Notes under the pieces: generated by a model
What the model saw: only the letters and a program-made list of their open reading frames with translations
Told to the model about the DNA's origin: nothing
The model's database searches: none
Program-made: the position numbers and the translations under genes
Shown: positions 36,113 to 47,275 of the stretch, piece after piece
Layout of the letters: each line of letters opens with the position of its first letter
How positions within the stretch are numbered: the first letter of the stretch is position 1
Virus record (IMG/VR): IMGVR_UViG_2775507252_000002
Location: 6,792-70,791 of that record
Length of the DNA stretch: 64,000 nucleotides
DNA from: a virus
Reading direction: 5' to 3' (one strand)

Positions 36113-38800
36113 TCAGGTACGCTTTGCAAGAAACAGGTACTGATGTGCCTTAGTCGCTCCTTGATCCTTGAGACCGAAGTTTTCACGGCCGACTACGTCT
36201 TCATCAAAACAGTGTGCGACTTCAAAGTAGTCACCGCAATGCGCAATTAGCTCCTTCGCCATGTCATGCTTGTTAGTCCTGCCAAGATGCATGATTACTA
36301 TCCCGTCGGGCTTAAGCCACTGGTTGCATTTTTCAAAAAAGGACCCGTAGACGTCGAACGACAGCTTTTGTCGATGCTCTACAAAGCGTTCCTTTTTTTC
36401 TGAGAAATCTTCCGGGCCCCATCCGGACATCCAAAGGCGTAGCCAATTCGCAATGTAAAAGCGCGTCGACGCCGCGAACGGTGGTGATGTTATTACTGCA
36501 TCTACTGTCCCGCGGTAGTCGAGATCTTCAAAGCAGCCGAAAGTTGACTTGCCGTCGAGTAGCCTAGCGTCGTCGTAGCTTGCCATCGCCCGCGAAACCT
36601 TTTCCGAGAGGCGCGACCGCATGTCACGATACTCAAACTCACCGGTTGGTTTGAGCGGCGTGACTGGGTGTGATCGTCTGGAGAGAGCATACGGGCGGTT
36701 GCCGTGGAGGATATGCAACAGCGACGAGTAAACCACAGCTCGCTCCGTGGAATCGCACTTATTGCTTTGGATATATGTTCTTGCAGCTAAGATTTCTTTG
36801 AATGTACGCTCCTCAAAGTACTCTTTCAGCTTTCCATTGAAACCAAAATCCTTGAACTGCTCGATATTCTGCGTTCGATAGTTTTGCTCGACGAAGCAAA
36901 GCAGTGACTCCAGCTCCTCCAGTACCTTCGCTCTCTGAGGTCTTCCGACCTTTGCGGAGCTGAGCATGTATCCAAGCTCCTGAAGGTCATTAGCGAAGGC
37001 TCGCCTTCCATTGAGAAATGCTTCAAGTGGAATAGTCCCGGCGCCAGACATTGGGTCGAGAACAACGTCACCTGGTTTCGTGAACTGTGTCACCAAGAAG
37101 TGAGCGATCGCTGGTTTGAGTTTGCCTTGGTAAGAACATAAGGAGTGAAGGGGGTGCCCCCAGTTTCTTGATGAAAAGGGTTCGCGTTGGTGAGGCAAGC
37201 TACGTTCGAATTCCTTAGCAGCTTCTCGCAGTTCGCGGAGCGTGTCTTGCGCTTTGACTTTGGTAGCTCCACGATGGCTTGACTTGCCTGGTTTCTCAAG
37301 GACCAACAGTACCTGACTGAGGGTCGAGCCATCCTTTGAGGTTCTGTTTCTGACAAGCTCAGCATCATATATTTCGAAACCAACCCCTTCAGCGATCTGC
37401 TCAAGGAACTTCTCTGTAGGCACGTGAACACCGGCGAATCGAGAGTCGCCAATATCGATCACCGCTCGACCGCCAGCAGACAAGAGCTGAAAGCAGTTCC
37501 TGAGCCACACTTCAGCGTCTGAGCAGTATCGCCTCACAAGTTCAGGGATTCGCCTATCGTACGCAACCTCATCGAGCTGCCGTGCGACTGGCTCAACAAA
37601 GTCGAACAGTCGAAGGTCTCGGCCGTTCTTCGAGACGTTGTTTATCCCGGCGGTTACGGCCCTTCGCGTAAAGTAGCCCAGATCCTTCTCAGACTGAATG
37701 AATCCAGTGAGCCATAGCTCGATCTTCGTATTCCTGAAATAGTTTGTGCCATTCAGATACGGGGGCGATGTCACTATCAGGTCAATGGGGCGGTGTCCGA
37801 TTGCCGGCGCTAGCGCATCTTCATTCAAGCATTCAACCGGCTGCATCCCGGTCAATGAGTAATCAATATCGTCCAGAATTACTTTTAGTTTTTGTTCGAA
37901 ACAATCGAACACGCTGAAGTCTTCGGGGAGAGTCTCCTTGGGCAGCCGGTAACGTAAGTCGGCAGCCCTTTTCATTTCACTGCATTGAACCGCAATGCTC
38001 CCGAGGGCGAGTAACGCAAGATGACGGAAGTTGGCGTCATCTGTATGATAAGTAGCAATGGCGTTGCGGATCGAAAGTATCTCAATCAATCGACGAGGTA
38101 CAAAGTACGGGCGATCCGAGAAGGCAGCCGAAAACGCGTCCAACGCTTCATTAGCTGAGATCAGGTTTCTACGGGAGAATTCGCTCAGCTCTGAGAAGTA
38201 GAAGGCGAGGTCGTCTGTCTTGCGCGCAACTTTCCGCAGGACGTTTGTTTTCCCCTCGATGACGTGCCGCATGAATGGGTTGATCTCTGAATAGAGGCTC
38301 CGCAACCCCATCATTGCGCCAACTGTCACTGTTGTACCAGTGCCTCCAAACGGATCGTATACAGATGACGCATTCGGTCCCCACTTGGTAATCAGGTTAC
38401 GTACGAAGGTCGACGAAAAACCTTCGATGTAGGGATACCACCTGTGAATCGACTCTATGTGGTTTGGCGAAAAAGTTCCGTGCTTGCCCAGCGGGACGTC
38501 TTCGCCAAACAAAACAAGCTGAGCGCTCGTAGTCGCCGGGGCCAGCCGGTTGCTCGTTGCCTCCTCATCAAAAGCTCGACGAAGTATTTCTGTTGCCAGC
38601 TGCGAAACAGGGGTCTCCCGCCCAGTCGACAGCTGATTTAGTTCGGTGTAGCTGTGGGCGAGTAAGTCTCGAGCTTCTTTGCTGGAGAGTGCCGACAGCC
38701 ATCTGGAAAATTCCGTGTGGTCAGCACTAATGGCAATCCGTAGGCGTTCAATTTGGCCGGTCCCGGACTCATGCCGGGGGTAGCTTATGGTCTTGTACAT
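36113..38800 (-). CDS. Fused two-domain amino-DNA methyltransferase
   Basis: DPFGGTGTT + TSPPY followed by DPMSGAGT + TSPPF; start codon uncertain. Confidence 0.85.
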   Translation of the reverse strand: MYKTISYPRHESGTGQIERLRIAISADHTEFSRWLSALSSKEARDLLAHSYTELNQLSTGRETPVSQLATEILRRAFDEEATSNRLAPATTSAQLVLFGEDVPLGKHGTFSPNHIESIHRWYPYIEGFSSTFVRNLITKWGPNASSVYDPFGGTGTTVTVGAMMGLRSLYSEINPFMRHVIEGKTNVLRKVARKTDDLAFYFSELSEFSRRNLISANEALDAFSAAFSDRPYFVPRRLIEILSIRNAIATYHTDDANFRHLALLALGSIAVQCSEMKRAADLRYRLPKETLPEDFSVFDCFEQKLKVILDDIDYSLTGMQPVECLNEDALAPAIGHRPIDLIVTSPPYLNGTNYFRNTKIELWLTGFIQSEKDLGYFTRRAVTAGINNVSKNGRDLRLFDFVEPVARQLDEVAYDRRIPELVRRYCSDAEVWLRNCFQLLSAGGRAVIDIGDSRFAGVHVPTEKFLEQIAEGVGFEIYDAELVRNRTSKDGSTLSQVLLVLEKPGKSSHRGATKVKAQDTLRELREAAKEFERSLPHQREPFSSRNWGHPLHSLCSYQGKLKPAIAHFLVTQFTKPGDVVLDPMSGAGTIPLEAFLNGRRAFANDLQELGYMLSSAKVGRPQRAKVLEELESLLCFVEQNYRTQNIEQFKDFGFNGKLKEYFEERTFKEILAARTYIQSNKCDSTERAVVYSSLLHILHGNRPYALSRRSHPVTPLKPTGEFEYRDMRSRLSEKVSRAMASYDDARLLDGKSTFGCFEDLDYRGTVDAVITSPPFAASTRFYIANWLRLWMSGWGPEDFSEKKERFVEHRQKLSFDVYGSFFEKCNQWLKPDGIVIMHLGRTNKHDMAKELIAHCGDYFEVAHCFDEDVVGRENFGLKDQGATKAHQYLFLAKRT

Positions 38801-38940
38801 TGGTCTGTTGGCGCCCTTCTGTTATGAGGAACGTAAGTTACCACAAAGAACGTGACTTACCAAGGCGCTCGACACGCCGCCGTTCTACCGGGGGCGGTGA
38901 AGTGGCGGCACGGCCGCGTACTTACAGAGGGGATGAGGGA

Positions 38941-39296
38941 ATGGCGCGCTATTCGGAACGCGACACAAGCAAGATCTACCAGGCGGCTGAAGGCTTCCGC
39001 GCCAACTGTCTGCTGCGGGACGGCTCTCTGCTCTTTGATGGCGCCTCCGTATGGCGCAGAGACGTCCTGGGCCTGCTCCACAAAGCGTTCGTCGCCGCTC
39101 CGGACGAGGGGGACCGATCTTTCATCGTCAAGTTCAAGGACCAGATCAGCCAAGCCGGGCAGGACGTCATCCGGCTCGCGGCAGAGTTCCTCTGCGTCTA
39201 CTTTCTGTTCCCGTCCAACGTAGGTGGCACGCGCAAGCGGCAGGTCGTGAACGAGGTTCTAGGCTGGGCGGGCGACGCGCTGCCCGAAGGCCACTT
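38941..39296 (+). pseudogene. Truncated gene, probably the N-terminus of an McrB-like AAA protein
   Basis: GAGGGA RBS + ATG; reading frame runs into the IS end at 39297; family call from recalled resemblance only. Confidence 0.5.
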
Positions 39297-40025
<729 letters not shown>

Positions 40026-40124
40026 TCAAGGCCAACTCCCGCCCATCAACGCCAAAAATCGGTATAAAATTTTGGTTGTATCGGTGCATGACCGCGTGCG
40101 GTCGCCTCAGCACCACCACTATTC

Positions 40125-40159
40125 AGCGCCCAACCGTTCTCGGTTGGGCGTTTTCTTTT
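40125..40159 (+). terminator. Terminator-like hairpin
   Basis: CGCCCAACCG-TTCT-CGGTTGGGCG followed by TTTTCTTTT. Confidence 0.6.
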
Positions 40160-40410
40160 GCGGCTTCCGCACACCACGCGGGCTTCCACGCCGTTCTGCG
40201 TGTGCCAGCCGTTCCGGGCACGGGCGACATGACCCGCCCGGTTCGCCCCTGTTCCGCCCTATCTTCTCTCGAAACCTGCGCCAACTTCTTCGCCGTGGCA
40301 CACGCAGACGGTGTTGTTCGTCAACCACTTGCGCATGCGCCGACGAGAACGGTTGGCTCGCGGGTTTGCACGAGCAAAGTAGAAGCAAACCCGCGAGGCC
40401 AACCCCAGCA

Positions 40411-40641
40411 TCACCCCTTGGGCGGGAACGGATCGTCACCGTAGCTGTTGCGCTCACGGACCTGGCCGTCACGACCTTGGATGAACATCTCGCTCTGCTG
40501 GTTGATGGCGATGTCCCGTGCGCGGTCAATCGCCTGCTGCTGCGTGTCGTGGACAGAGGTGAGGCGGTCGTTGCCTTCACCGCGCACGCCCCACTGATCA
40601 CCGCCGTTGATGGGAACGACCCATTGGTTTTTTCCGCTCAT
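40411..40641 (-). CDS. DUF2188-family protein
   Basis: WVVP...WGVRGEG...TQQQAIDRAR...RERNSYGDDPFPPKG. Confidence 0.85.
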   Translation of the reverse strand: MSGKNQWVVPINGGDQWGVRGEGNDRLTSVHDTQQQAIDRARDIAINQQSEMFIQGRDGQVRERNSYGDDPFPPKG

Positions 40642-40714
40642 TTCAAATGCTCCAAAAATTGAAAAGGACAGGCTCTTGAAGTCAGCGCGAGCCCAGGCGC
40701 TTCATGCATGGAAC

Positions 40715-41698
40715 TCATGTCATCAGCGTCTCCTCCTTTCCCGATATCTGGTGCAGGGAGGACGCCGCCGCGCAGGGCATCGCGTACAGCCCCGCGCGTT
40801 GCTGCGTGACCACGAGCGCACCGTAGGCCGCGTGCTGTGCAACAGGCTCCGGCTTGCCCTTGTCCTTCGTCTTGATCTTGAACAGGTCGCTCGGCTTGGC
40901 GCTGTCCAAGCCCGCGCGCTGCATGATCCGTTCCGCCGTCACGGCTTCGCCCTTGAACGACCACAACGACTCGAACACTTTGGCCTGACCATCGGTGAAT
41001 CGAACCTGCTTGCCGTCGTTTGGCAGCGTCGCCCATCTGAAGTCCGCCGAGAACGGCCCGTTCACCGGCGTGGCCGAATCGACGACCACTGGTGTCGCGG
41101 ACGGCGACGTGGCGATGAACGTGATTCCGCCGCCGTAGAACGTGAATCGTTCCTCCAGCACCAGCCACTGGACGCCTGCGCCGAAGGGCAAGCCGCGCGT
41201 CGTGCTCGGCCTCGGTGTGATCACCCGGATGTCACCGCCTGCCACACGCACCCGATCCAGCAACACGGGTTCGTGCAGCACCCGCGACAGGTCGCGGGCC
41301 AACAGGATGGGCGACCGTCGTGCTTCGCCAAGCCGCCACACGCTGCCGCCCAGATCATCGATGCCGTCGCGGCTTTCGATGCCGAGCGCGAGGCGCATCT
41401 TCTGGCGCAGCCAATCCTCATCCAGGGCCAACGCCGTGCCGTCGTATGCTTCGACGGCCACTGGCCCACAGTCCGGGCAGCGGCACATGCGTCCGCCACG
41501 GCCATTGCCCCAAACCTGCGCCCGGTGCTGCTGGCAGTGCGGGCAGAGCACGAAGGACTGATCCACCACCGTCGGCTTGACCGCCTTGCCGAGAACGGAC
41601 AGCGCCGATGCCTCGCGCGGCGACAGCGTGGCGCGCAGCACGGGCGTGCCGCCCGCAAACAGGCGGCAGATCAAAGCCCAAGCGTCGTGCGCCGCCAT
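40715..41698 (-). CDS. Hypothetical protein with Zn ribbon and probable C-terminal winged HTH
   Basis: CPHC...CPDC; FSADFRW...FTDGQAKVFESLW. Confidence 0.7.
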   Translation of the reverse strand: MAAHDAWALICRLFAGGTPVLRATLSPREASALSVLGKAVKPTVVDQSFVLCPHCQQHRAQVWGNGRGGRMCRCPDCGPVAVEAYDGTALALDEDWLRQKMRLALGIESRDGIDDLGGSVWRLGEARRSPILLARDLSRVLHEPVLLDRVRVAGGDIRVITPRPSTTRGLPFGAGVQWLVLEERFTFYGGGITFIATSPSATPVVVDSATPVNGPFSADFRWATLPNDGKQVRFTDGQAKVFESLWSFKGEAVTAERIMQRAGLDSAKPSDLFKIKTKDKGKPEPVAQHAAYGALVVTQQRAGLYAMPCAAASSLHQISGKEETLMT

Positions 41699-41702
41699 CG
41701 GA

Positions 41703-42938
41703 TCAGTCCTCGATCACCGGCGTCGAACTAACCGCGTCCGCTTCCGGCGGCATTTCGTGGGCGCTCAGGGTCTGGCCCTTCTGCAAGATGCCCACCGCGA
41801 CCAGATAGCCTTCCAACTGGGCCTGCATCTTGGCGTCGAACTTGTGCAGGTTCAGCCGCCCCTTGCTGGTCACCTCGATGGTGACGACCTTCGCGCGCGT
41901 GCGGCCCGGCTCCGGCGGGTAGTAGAGATTGACCTGAGCCGCCGTCACCGTCCAGTTGCCTTCCAGCGGGCCGTTCAACTTTTCCTTCAGCAGCTCATGC
42001 ACAGAGCGTTGCTGGCTGGACTGCATCGCGGTGCATTCGAGTTTCAGTGCACCGTCCGGGCTGAGGAAGGTCAACGCCTTCAACTGCACCATCGAGAACC
42101 CGTCCTCGAACGCTTCCGGCACGTCGAAGCCGGTGCGCAGCATCGACAAGTCCAGCGTCGGCGACTTGATCCGGCTCGCGCTCGCCTTGACGCCGAGCAC
42201 ATGCTCGGCGAAGGCTTCGACCAGCATCTGTTGGTACTTCTGGCCGCCGCGCACCAGCGTGCGCACGACGCCGGTGGTCTTGGCGTACTCCAGCACCATG
42301 TGGATGTTGGGATTGCCGACGCGGCGCTTGAGGGTCGAACCCTCGAACTCCAGCCGCAGCATGGCCATGTCCTTGACGTGGACGGTTAGCAGGAACACGC
42401 CGGGGCTGCGCTCGACCAGATGTGCCACGCTGCTGTCGCCGCACTGCATCTCGCGCTTGTAGAAGGCCGAGATCGCGTTGCGCAGACCAGTCAGGTTGTG
42501 GTCGGAGCCGTTCGGCTGGCGCTTCAGCCCCAAATCGTATTGCTGGGTCTGCGGCCCGTGATGTTCCCAGAAGCTGAAGTCGTAGGCGCGCTCGAACAGC
42601 GTCGGGTGGGTGACGTAGAGCCAGAACGAGCGGTGGACGTCACTGCGGCACAGCGTCAGGCCCGCCAGCGCGGCAGCATCCGAGACCACCGCCTCGAACA
42701 TCGCCTGCTTGCCCGCCGGATCGCCCAACTGGACGCTGGCCATGAGGTTGGCGGTCATCTGGTCGCGGGCGGCGGTGTCCGGCCAGACCTTGACTGCCTC
42801 CACCAAGAACTGGCTGGTCTCCGGCGTGTCGTCCCACGCGAACCCGCCCGGCACGGGCAGGCCATGTGAGGTCAGGAAGTCGCGCAGCGTGGCATCCACC
42901 GGCAGCTCGAGCATCACGTCGACAAAGGTTTTCTTCAT
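41703..42938 (-). CDS. Hypothetical protein (411 aa)
   Basis: AAAGGA RBS, typical codon use, 4 nt from the next gene. Confidence 0.75.
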   Translation of the reverse strand: MKKTFVDVMLELPVDATLRDFLTSHGLPVPGGFAWDDTPETSQFLVEAVKVWPDTAARDQMTANLMASVQLGDPAGKQAMFEAVVSDAAALAGLTLCRSDVHRSFWLYVTHPTLFERAYDFSFWEHHGPQTQQYDLGLKRQPNGSDHNLTGLRNAISAFYKREMQCGDSSVAHLVERSPGVFLLTVHVKDMAMLRLEFEGSTLKRRVGNPNIHMVLEYAKTTGVVRTLVRGGQKYQQMLVEAFAEHVLGVKASASRIKSPTLDLSMLRTGFDVPEAFEDGFSMVQLKALTFLSPDGALKLECTAMQSSQQRSVHELLKEKLNGPLEGNWTVTAAQVNLYYPPEPGRTRAKVVTIEVTSKGRLNLHKFDAKMQAQLEGYLVAVGILQKGQTLSAHEMPPEADAVSSTPVIED

Positions 42939-43058
42939 CTTGTTCGTCCTTTCTGGATCGGCGTCGGAGGTCTGCGACCGGGGATCGGGCTGCACGGGCC
43001 AGCGACAGGGCTTCTGAACTCGCACCCCGTAGAAGTAAAGCTGCGAGATACAAGGGCG

Positions 43059-43087
43059 ATTCTGCCCCTCGCATTTCCGCTTGTCAA
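43059..43087 (-). promoter_or_regulatory. Sigma-70 promoter for the leftward operon
   Basis: TTGACA-17 nt-CAGAAT. Confidence 0.6.
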
Positions 43088-43173
43088 TCAATGGGGCACT
43101 TGTGGCACTCCGTGGTATCTTGTGGCTATACTTGCGGGCTTGATCGACATTTACCCCTGACGGGAGCAAATTG

Positions 43174-43515
43174 ATGGCTTCGGCATTCGGAGCACGCCTG
43201 CGGCGCTTGCGCGAGGCGAAGAAACTGACCCTGCAACAGGTCGCCGACGCGGTCGGCTGCACCAAGGCCTACATCTGGGAACTGGAAATGAAGGACGGGC
43301 AGCGTCCGTCCGCAGAACGGATTCAGGCCATCGCCAAGGTGCTGGGCGTGACGATGGAAGACGTGATGGGCACACCCATGGAGCAGGCACCCGACGCCAG
43401 CCCCGAGGACGTGGCGTTCTTCCGCGAGTACGCCGGGATGACGGAGGAAGAGAAAAAGAACTATCAAGACGTCCTCAAGATGATGTTCTCCCGCAAGGAA
43501 AAAGACGGGGACTGA
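43174..43515 (+). CDS. XRE-family HTH repressor
   Basis: RLRRLREAKKLTLQQVADAVGCTKAYIWELE. Confidence 0.9.
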   Translation: MASAFGARLRRLREAKKLTLQQVADAVGCTKAYIWELEMKDGQRPSAERIQAIAKVLGVTMEDVMGTPMEQAPDASPEDVAFFREYAGMTEEEKKNYQDVLKMMFSRKEKDGD

Positions 43516-43518
43516 CGA

Positions 43519-44451
43519 TTGAGCGCAGCGCAGCCCCTCACTGGTTCCATCGCCGCCAACACCGTCCAGAAATGGTTGCGTGCGTGGTACAGCACGGGCA
43601 TGCCCGACGCCATCGATCTCGAAGTCGTCCGGCAGATGCTGCCGACCACTCCCTACGGCACCGGCGTTCGTGAGATCAGGCCGCCGGTGCAGTTCAACGA
43701 CGATGCCTTCGAAGGCATGCTGGCGCGCGACCCCAATGACCACGAGGTGTGGGGTATCGCCTACAACGGCAAATCGCGTCCCGAACGTCAACGCTTCACC
43801 ATCGCCCACGAGCTGGGCCACTTCATCCTGCATCGCAGTCGGCAGCAGAGCTTCAACTGCGACAAGCAGAGTGTCCACACCGGCATCGACACGCTCCGCG
43901 ACATCGAACGGGAGGCGGATGACTTCGCCAGCAACCTGCTGATGCCCGGCGATCTGCTGCGCGCGTGGATTTCCAGCCAGCGCATCGACTTCCACGTCCT
44001 CGGCGACATCGCCAAGCGTTTTCAGGTCTCGCTGGAGGCGCTGTGCATCCGCTACATCAAGTTCACGACGGAACGCGCCATCCTCGTCTATTGGGACAAC
44101 GGTTATGTGAAGTACGAGTGGCGCAGCGGCAGCGCGAGGAGAACGCGGGCGCGCATTCGGCGCAACGGCGATCCGGCGGAACCGCCATTGGGCACTCTGG
44201 CTGCCGATGCCAGCATCACGCAGGAATGGGACGGCACGGAGATGTCCGCCGCGATCTGGTGTCCAGAAGAAGCGCAGCACATGAAGCTGCGCGAGTTCAA
44301 ACACACCTTCGGTGCGCGTGATCGCGTCCTCACGCTGCTCCTGCTCGAAAGCGCCGAGCCGCGCTCGTGGGATCGGTCGTGGCAGGACGAGGAGAGCTTC
44401 GACAGCTTCGATCAGTTCGTGACGAACGGGCAGTTGCCGGATCGGCGATAG
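43519..44451 (+). CDS. ImmA/IrrE-family metallopeptidase
   Basis: RQRFTIAHELGH (HExxH), EREADDFASNLLMP. Confidence 0.9.
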   Translation: MSAAQPLTGSIAANTVQKWLRAWYSTGMPDAIDLEVVRQMLPTTPYGTGVREIRPPVQFNDDAFEGMLARDPNDHEVWGIAYNGKSRPERQRFTIAHELGHFILHRSRQQSFNCDKQSVHTGIDTLRDIEREADDFASNLLMPGDLLRAWISSQRIDFHVLGDIAKRFQVSLEALCIRYIKFTTERAILVYWDNGYVKYEWRSGSARRTRARIRRNGDPAEPPLGTLAADASITQEWDGTEMSAAIWCPEEAQHMKLREFKHTFGARDRVLTLLLLESAEPRSWDRSWQDEESFDSFDQFVTNGQLPDRR

Positions 44452-44476
44452 ATTTGAACGACCCAGGAAAAAGAAC

Positions 44477-46312
44477 ATGGCCCGCATAGAAAACCACAAA
44501 TACAGCATCGAGGAAGCCTTCCGGGAGTGCTTCTACATCGTCCCGGACTACCAGCGCGAGTACGTCTGGACCGACAAGGAAGTGCATCAGCTGCTGGAGG
44601 ACATCGGCGAGCAGATTGATGCGGGCACGACGCGGGAATACTTCATCGGCACCGTGCTGGTGTCGCCCACCGAGCAGAAGAACCATTACGAGGTGATCGA
44701 CGGCCAGCAGCGTCTGACCACCTTCTTCCTGCTGCTGTGCGCGCTGAAGCATCTGTTCCAGGGCGAGCCGCAGCGGCAAATGATTTCCGGGCTGATCTCG
44801 ACCAGCTATGTTGACAGCGACGGCGAGGTGCGCACCAACCTGAAACTGGAGCCGCGTTACGAAAGTGCGGGCGAAGTGATGGCCAAGCTGGTGGATCTCG
44901 ACGCCGATCCTATGGCCGTGCGCGCAGGCATTCAGGCGGCAGGAATTGCCAGCTTCGGCTCGCTGGAGAACCTGGTCAGTGCCTACGGCACGCTGTATCG
45001 CTACCTGAAGGACAACTACGACGACACGCCCAAGCTGAAGAAGTATTGGGGTTACTTGGCCAACAACGTGGTGTTCATTCAGATCTCCACCGACGTCAGC
45101 AGCGCGCTGAAGATTTTCGAGACCATCAACGAGCGCGGCGTGGGCCTGAACCCGATGGACTTGCTCAAGAACCTGCTGTTCACGCAGGTCAAGCAAGCGC
45201 AGTTCACCCAGCTCAAAGATGAGTGGAAGAAGATCACCAAGCCGCTGGAGAAGGAGAAGGAAAAGCCGCTGCGTTTCCTGCGCTACTTCCTGATGGCCAA
45301 CTACGTCATCAAGAACGAGCGCGGCGATGCGGTGGTGCGCGAAGACGAGATCTACGACTGGTTCATCGCCAAGGACAACGCTGCGCTGTGCGATTACGCG
45401 GGCAAGCCCTTCGAGTTCGTCCGCAAGGTCATCCGCAACGTCGAGCACTACCTCGCCTTCGCCAATGGAATGGGCAACGATGGCAAACCGAGCCTGGCGA
45501 TGGACAGCCTCAAACGGCTGGCCGGTGGTGCGTTCAGTTTGCACTACGTCCTGTTGCTGGCGGCGGCGAATTTCCCCAAGCCGCTGTTCGATCACTTCGT
45601 GGCGCAGCTGGAGAGCTTCCTCTTCTATTACATCTTCACCAAAACGCCGACCAAGGATCTAGAACGCAGCTTCTCTCAATGGGCCGACGAGCTGCGCGCG
45701 ATTGCTGACGCCAGCGATCCGGTGAAGCAGAAGGTGCAGCTCAACGCCTTCGTCGCCGACCGCTTCGAGAAGAACATGGCTGGCAAGTCGCAGGAGCTGG
45801 CCGACGCCCTCAAGCGTTTCACGCTGTACTCGATGCAGCAGTACCGCACGCGCTACCTGCTGGCGCGGCTGACGCAGCACGTCGAGATGGCGTTCAGCGG
45901 CCTGAAGACCCCGGGCAGTCTGGAGCCCTTCACCAAACTGGAAATCGAGCACATCCTGCCCGACAACCCGAAGGCGGAACTGCGCGCCACGTGGGCGGCA
46001 GAGAACCCGAATGCCGTCTACGACGACTACAAGAATCGCCTCGGCAATCTGACCTTGCTGGAAAAGCCGATCAACATCGTCGCGGGCAACGACTTCTACA
46101 CGGCCAAGCAGGTCGAGTATGGCAAGAGCGGCAACTACCTGACCCGCAGTCTGGAGGCGCTGACCGACGTCGGACAGAACACATCCGTTTCCCGGATCAA
46201 CGCCAAGCTGGCTGCATTTCCTGCGTGGAATGCTGCATCCATCGAGAAGCGCCACGGACTGCTGATCACTTTGGCGCAGGATGTCTGGAAGACGTCGCCC
46301 ATCGACGTCTGA
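44477..46312 (+). CDS. DUF262-DUF1524 protein (GmrSD/SspE-like nuclease)
   Basis: PDYQREYVW, IDGQQRLTT, FETINERG; EHILP...RLGNLTLL. Confidence 0.88.
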   Translation: MARIENHKYSIEEAFRECFYIVPDYQREYVWTDKEVHQLLEDIGEQIDAGTTREYFIGTVLVSPTEQKNHYEVIDGQQRLTTFFLLLCALKHLFQGEPQRQMISGLISTSYVDSDGEVRTNLKLEPRYESAGEVMAKLVDLDADPMAVRAGIQAAGIASFGSLENLVSAYGTLYRYLKDNYDDTPKLKKYWGYLANNVVFIQISTDVSSALKIFETINERGVGLNPMDLLKNLLFTQVKQAQFTQLKDEWKKITKPLEKEKEKPLRFLRYFLMANYVIKNERGDAVVREDEIYDWFIAKDNAALCDYAGKPFEFVRKVIRNVEHYLAFANGMGNDGKPSLAMDSLKRLAGGAFSLHYVLLLAAANFPKPLFDHFVAQLESFLFYYIFTKTPTKDLERSFSQWADELRAIADASDPVKQKVQLNAFVADRFEKNMAGKSQELADALKRFTLYSMQQYRTRYLLARLTQHVEMAFSGLKTPGSLEPFTKLEIEHILPDNPKAELRATWAAENPNAVYDDYKNRLGNLTLLEKPINIVAGNDFYTAKQVEYGKSGNYLTRSLEALTDVGQNTSVSRINAKLAAFPAWNAASIEKRHGLLITLAQDVWKTSPIDV

Positions 46313-46336
46313 TCGGCAATCGCTGCCGATTCATCC

Positions 46337-47188
46337 ATGACGACATTGCCCGCCGATGATGCGCTGACGATGCAGCAACGTGAGGTTCAGCGATTGCTGG
46401 GCCGCTGCTTGCTGCGTCTGCAGCAGTACGAAAAGTTGATGAAGGCCATCGTGGCCCACCACGAAATCTCGGCTGCTGGATCACCGCTGGCGTCGGATCA
46501 GGAGCAGCGCATCGCGGATGCCGCCAGCAAAACGCTGGGCACCTTGGTCGGCACACTCCTCGGTTCGTATGTCACCACCGACGAGGTGGAAGCTGCTTCC
46601 GAGTCCGATGCACGCGACGACATCATCTCGTTCAAGGTAAAGATGAATCTGCGCATGTCGGTTGAGGATTACGACAGGACGCAGAACGAGTTGAAGGAAC
46701 TGGTGCTGCTACGGAACAACCTGGTACATCATTTCATCGACCAGCACGACCTTTGGAGCCTGGACGGATGCCGTGGCGCGCATGACACCCTGACGGCCGC
46801 CTATGTCCGCATCGATCAGCACTTCGAGCAACTGCGGGGCTGGGCTGAACACATGGATCAAGCTCGACGGTTGGCTGCAGAATTCGCCCAGTCCGATACC
46901 TTTCATGATCTGGTCATCCACGGCATCGCACCGGATGGTTCGGTGGATTGGCCTGCTGCAGGGATCGTGCGCGCGCTGCGGGAGGCCGCCGCCGAATTGG
47001 CCGTCGAGGGCTGGACGCCGGTTGCCTCGGCGGGACGCTGGATCGTAGATCGGCTCCCTGAACACCTGCCAGCCAAATACGGCTGCAGCAGTTGGCGGCA
47101 GGTCGTGCACGAATCTCGCCTGTTCGAGCTTCGATATCGTGATGTGGGCGGCCAGCGTGCGGCTTGGTATCGAGCCAAGCAGACATAG
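46337..47188 (+). CDS. HEPN-like domain + OST-HTH/LOTUS domain protein
   Basis: RNNLVH (R-x4-H) in a helical N-domain; GWTPVASAG...PAKYGCSSW...LFE C-domain. Confidence 0.65.
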   Translation: MTTLPADDALTMQQREVQRLLGRCLLRLQQYEKLMKAIVAHHEISAAGSPLASDQEQRIADAASKTLGTLVGTLLGSYVTTDEVEAASESDARDDIISFKVKMNLRMSVEDYDRTQNELKELVLLRNNLVHHFIDQHDLWSLDGCRGAHDTLTAAYVRIDQHFEQLRGWAEHMDQARRLAAEFAQSDTFHDLVIHGIAPDGSVDWPAAGIVRALREAAAELAVEGWTPVASAGRWIVDRLPEHLPAKYGCSSWRQVVHESRLFELRYRDVGGQRAAWYRAKQT

Positions 47189-47275
47189 CCAGCCCCGCGT
47201 ATTCCCGCCAAATCGCGTTACGCGAAGTGCCTTCGGTTCATAGCATGAGCAGCGTTTTCCATCGAAACGCCTGCC

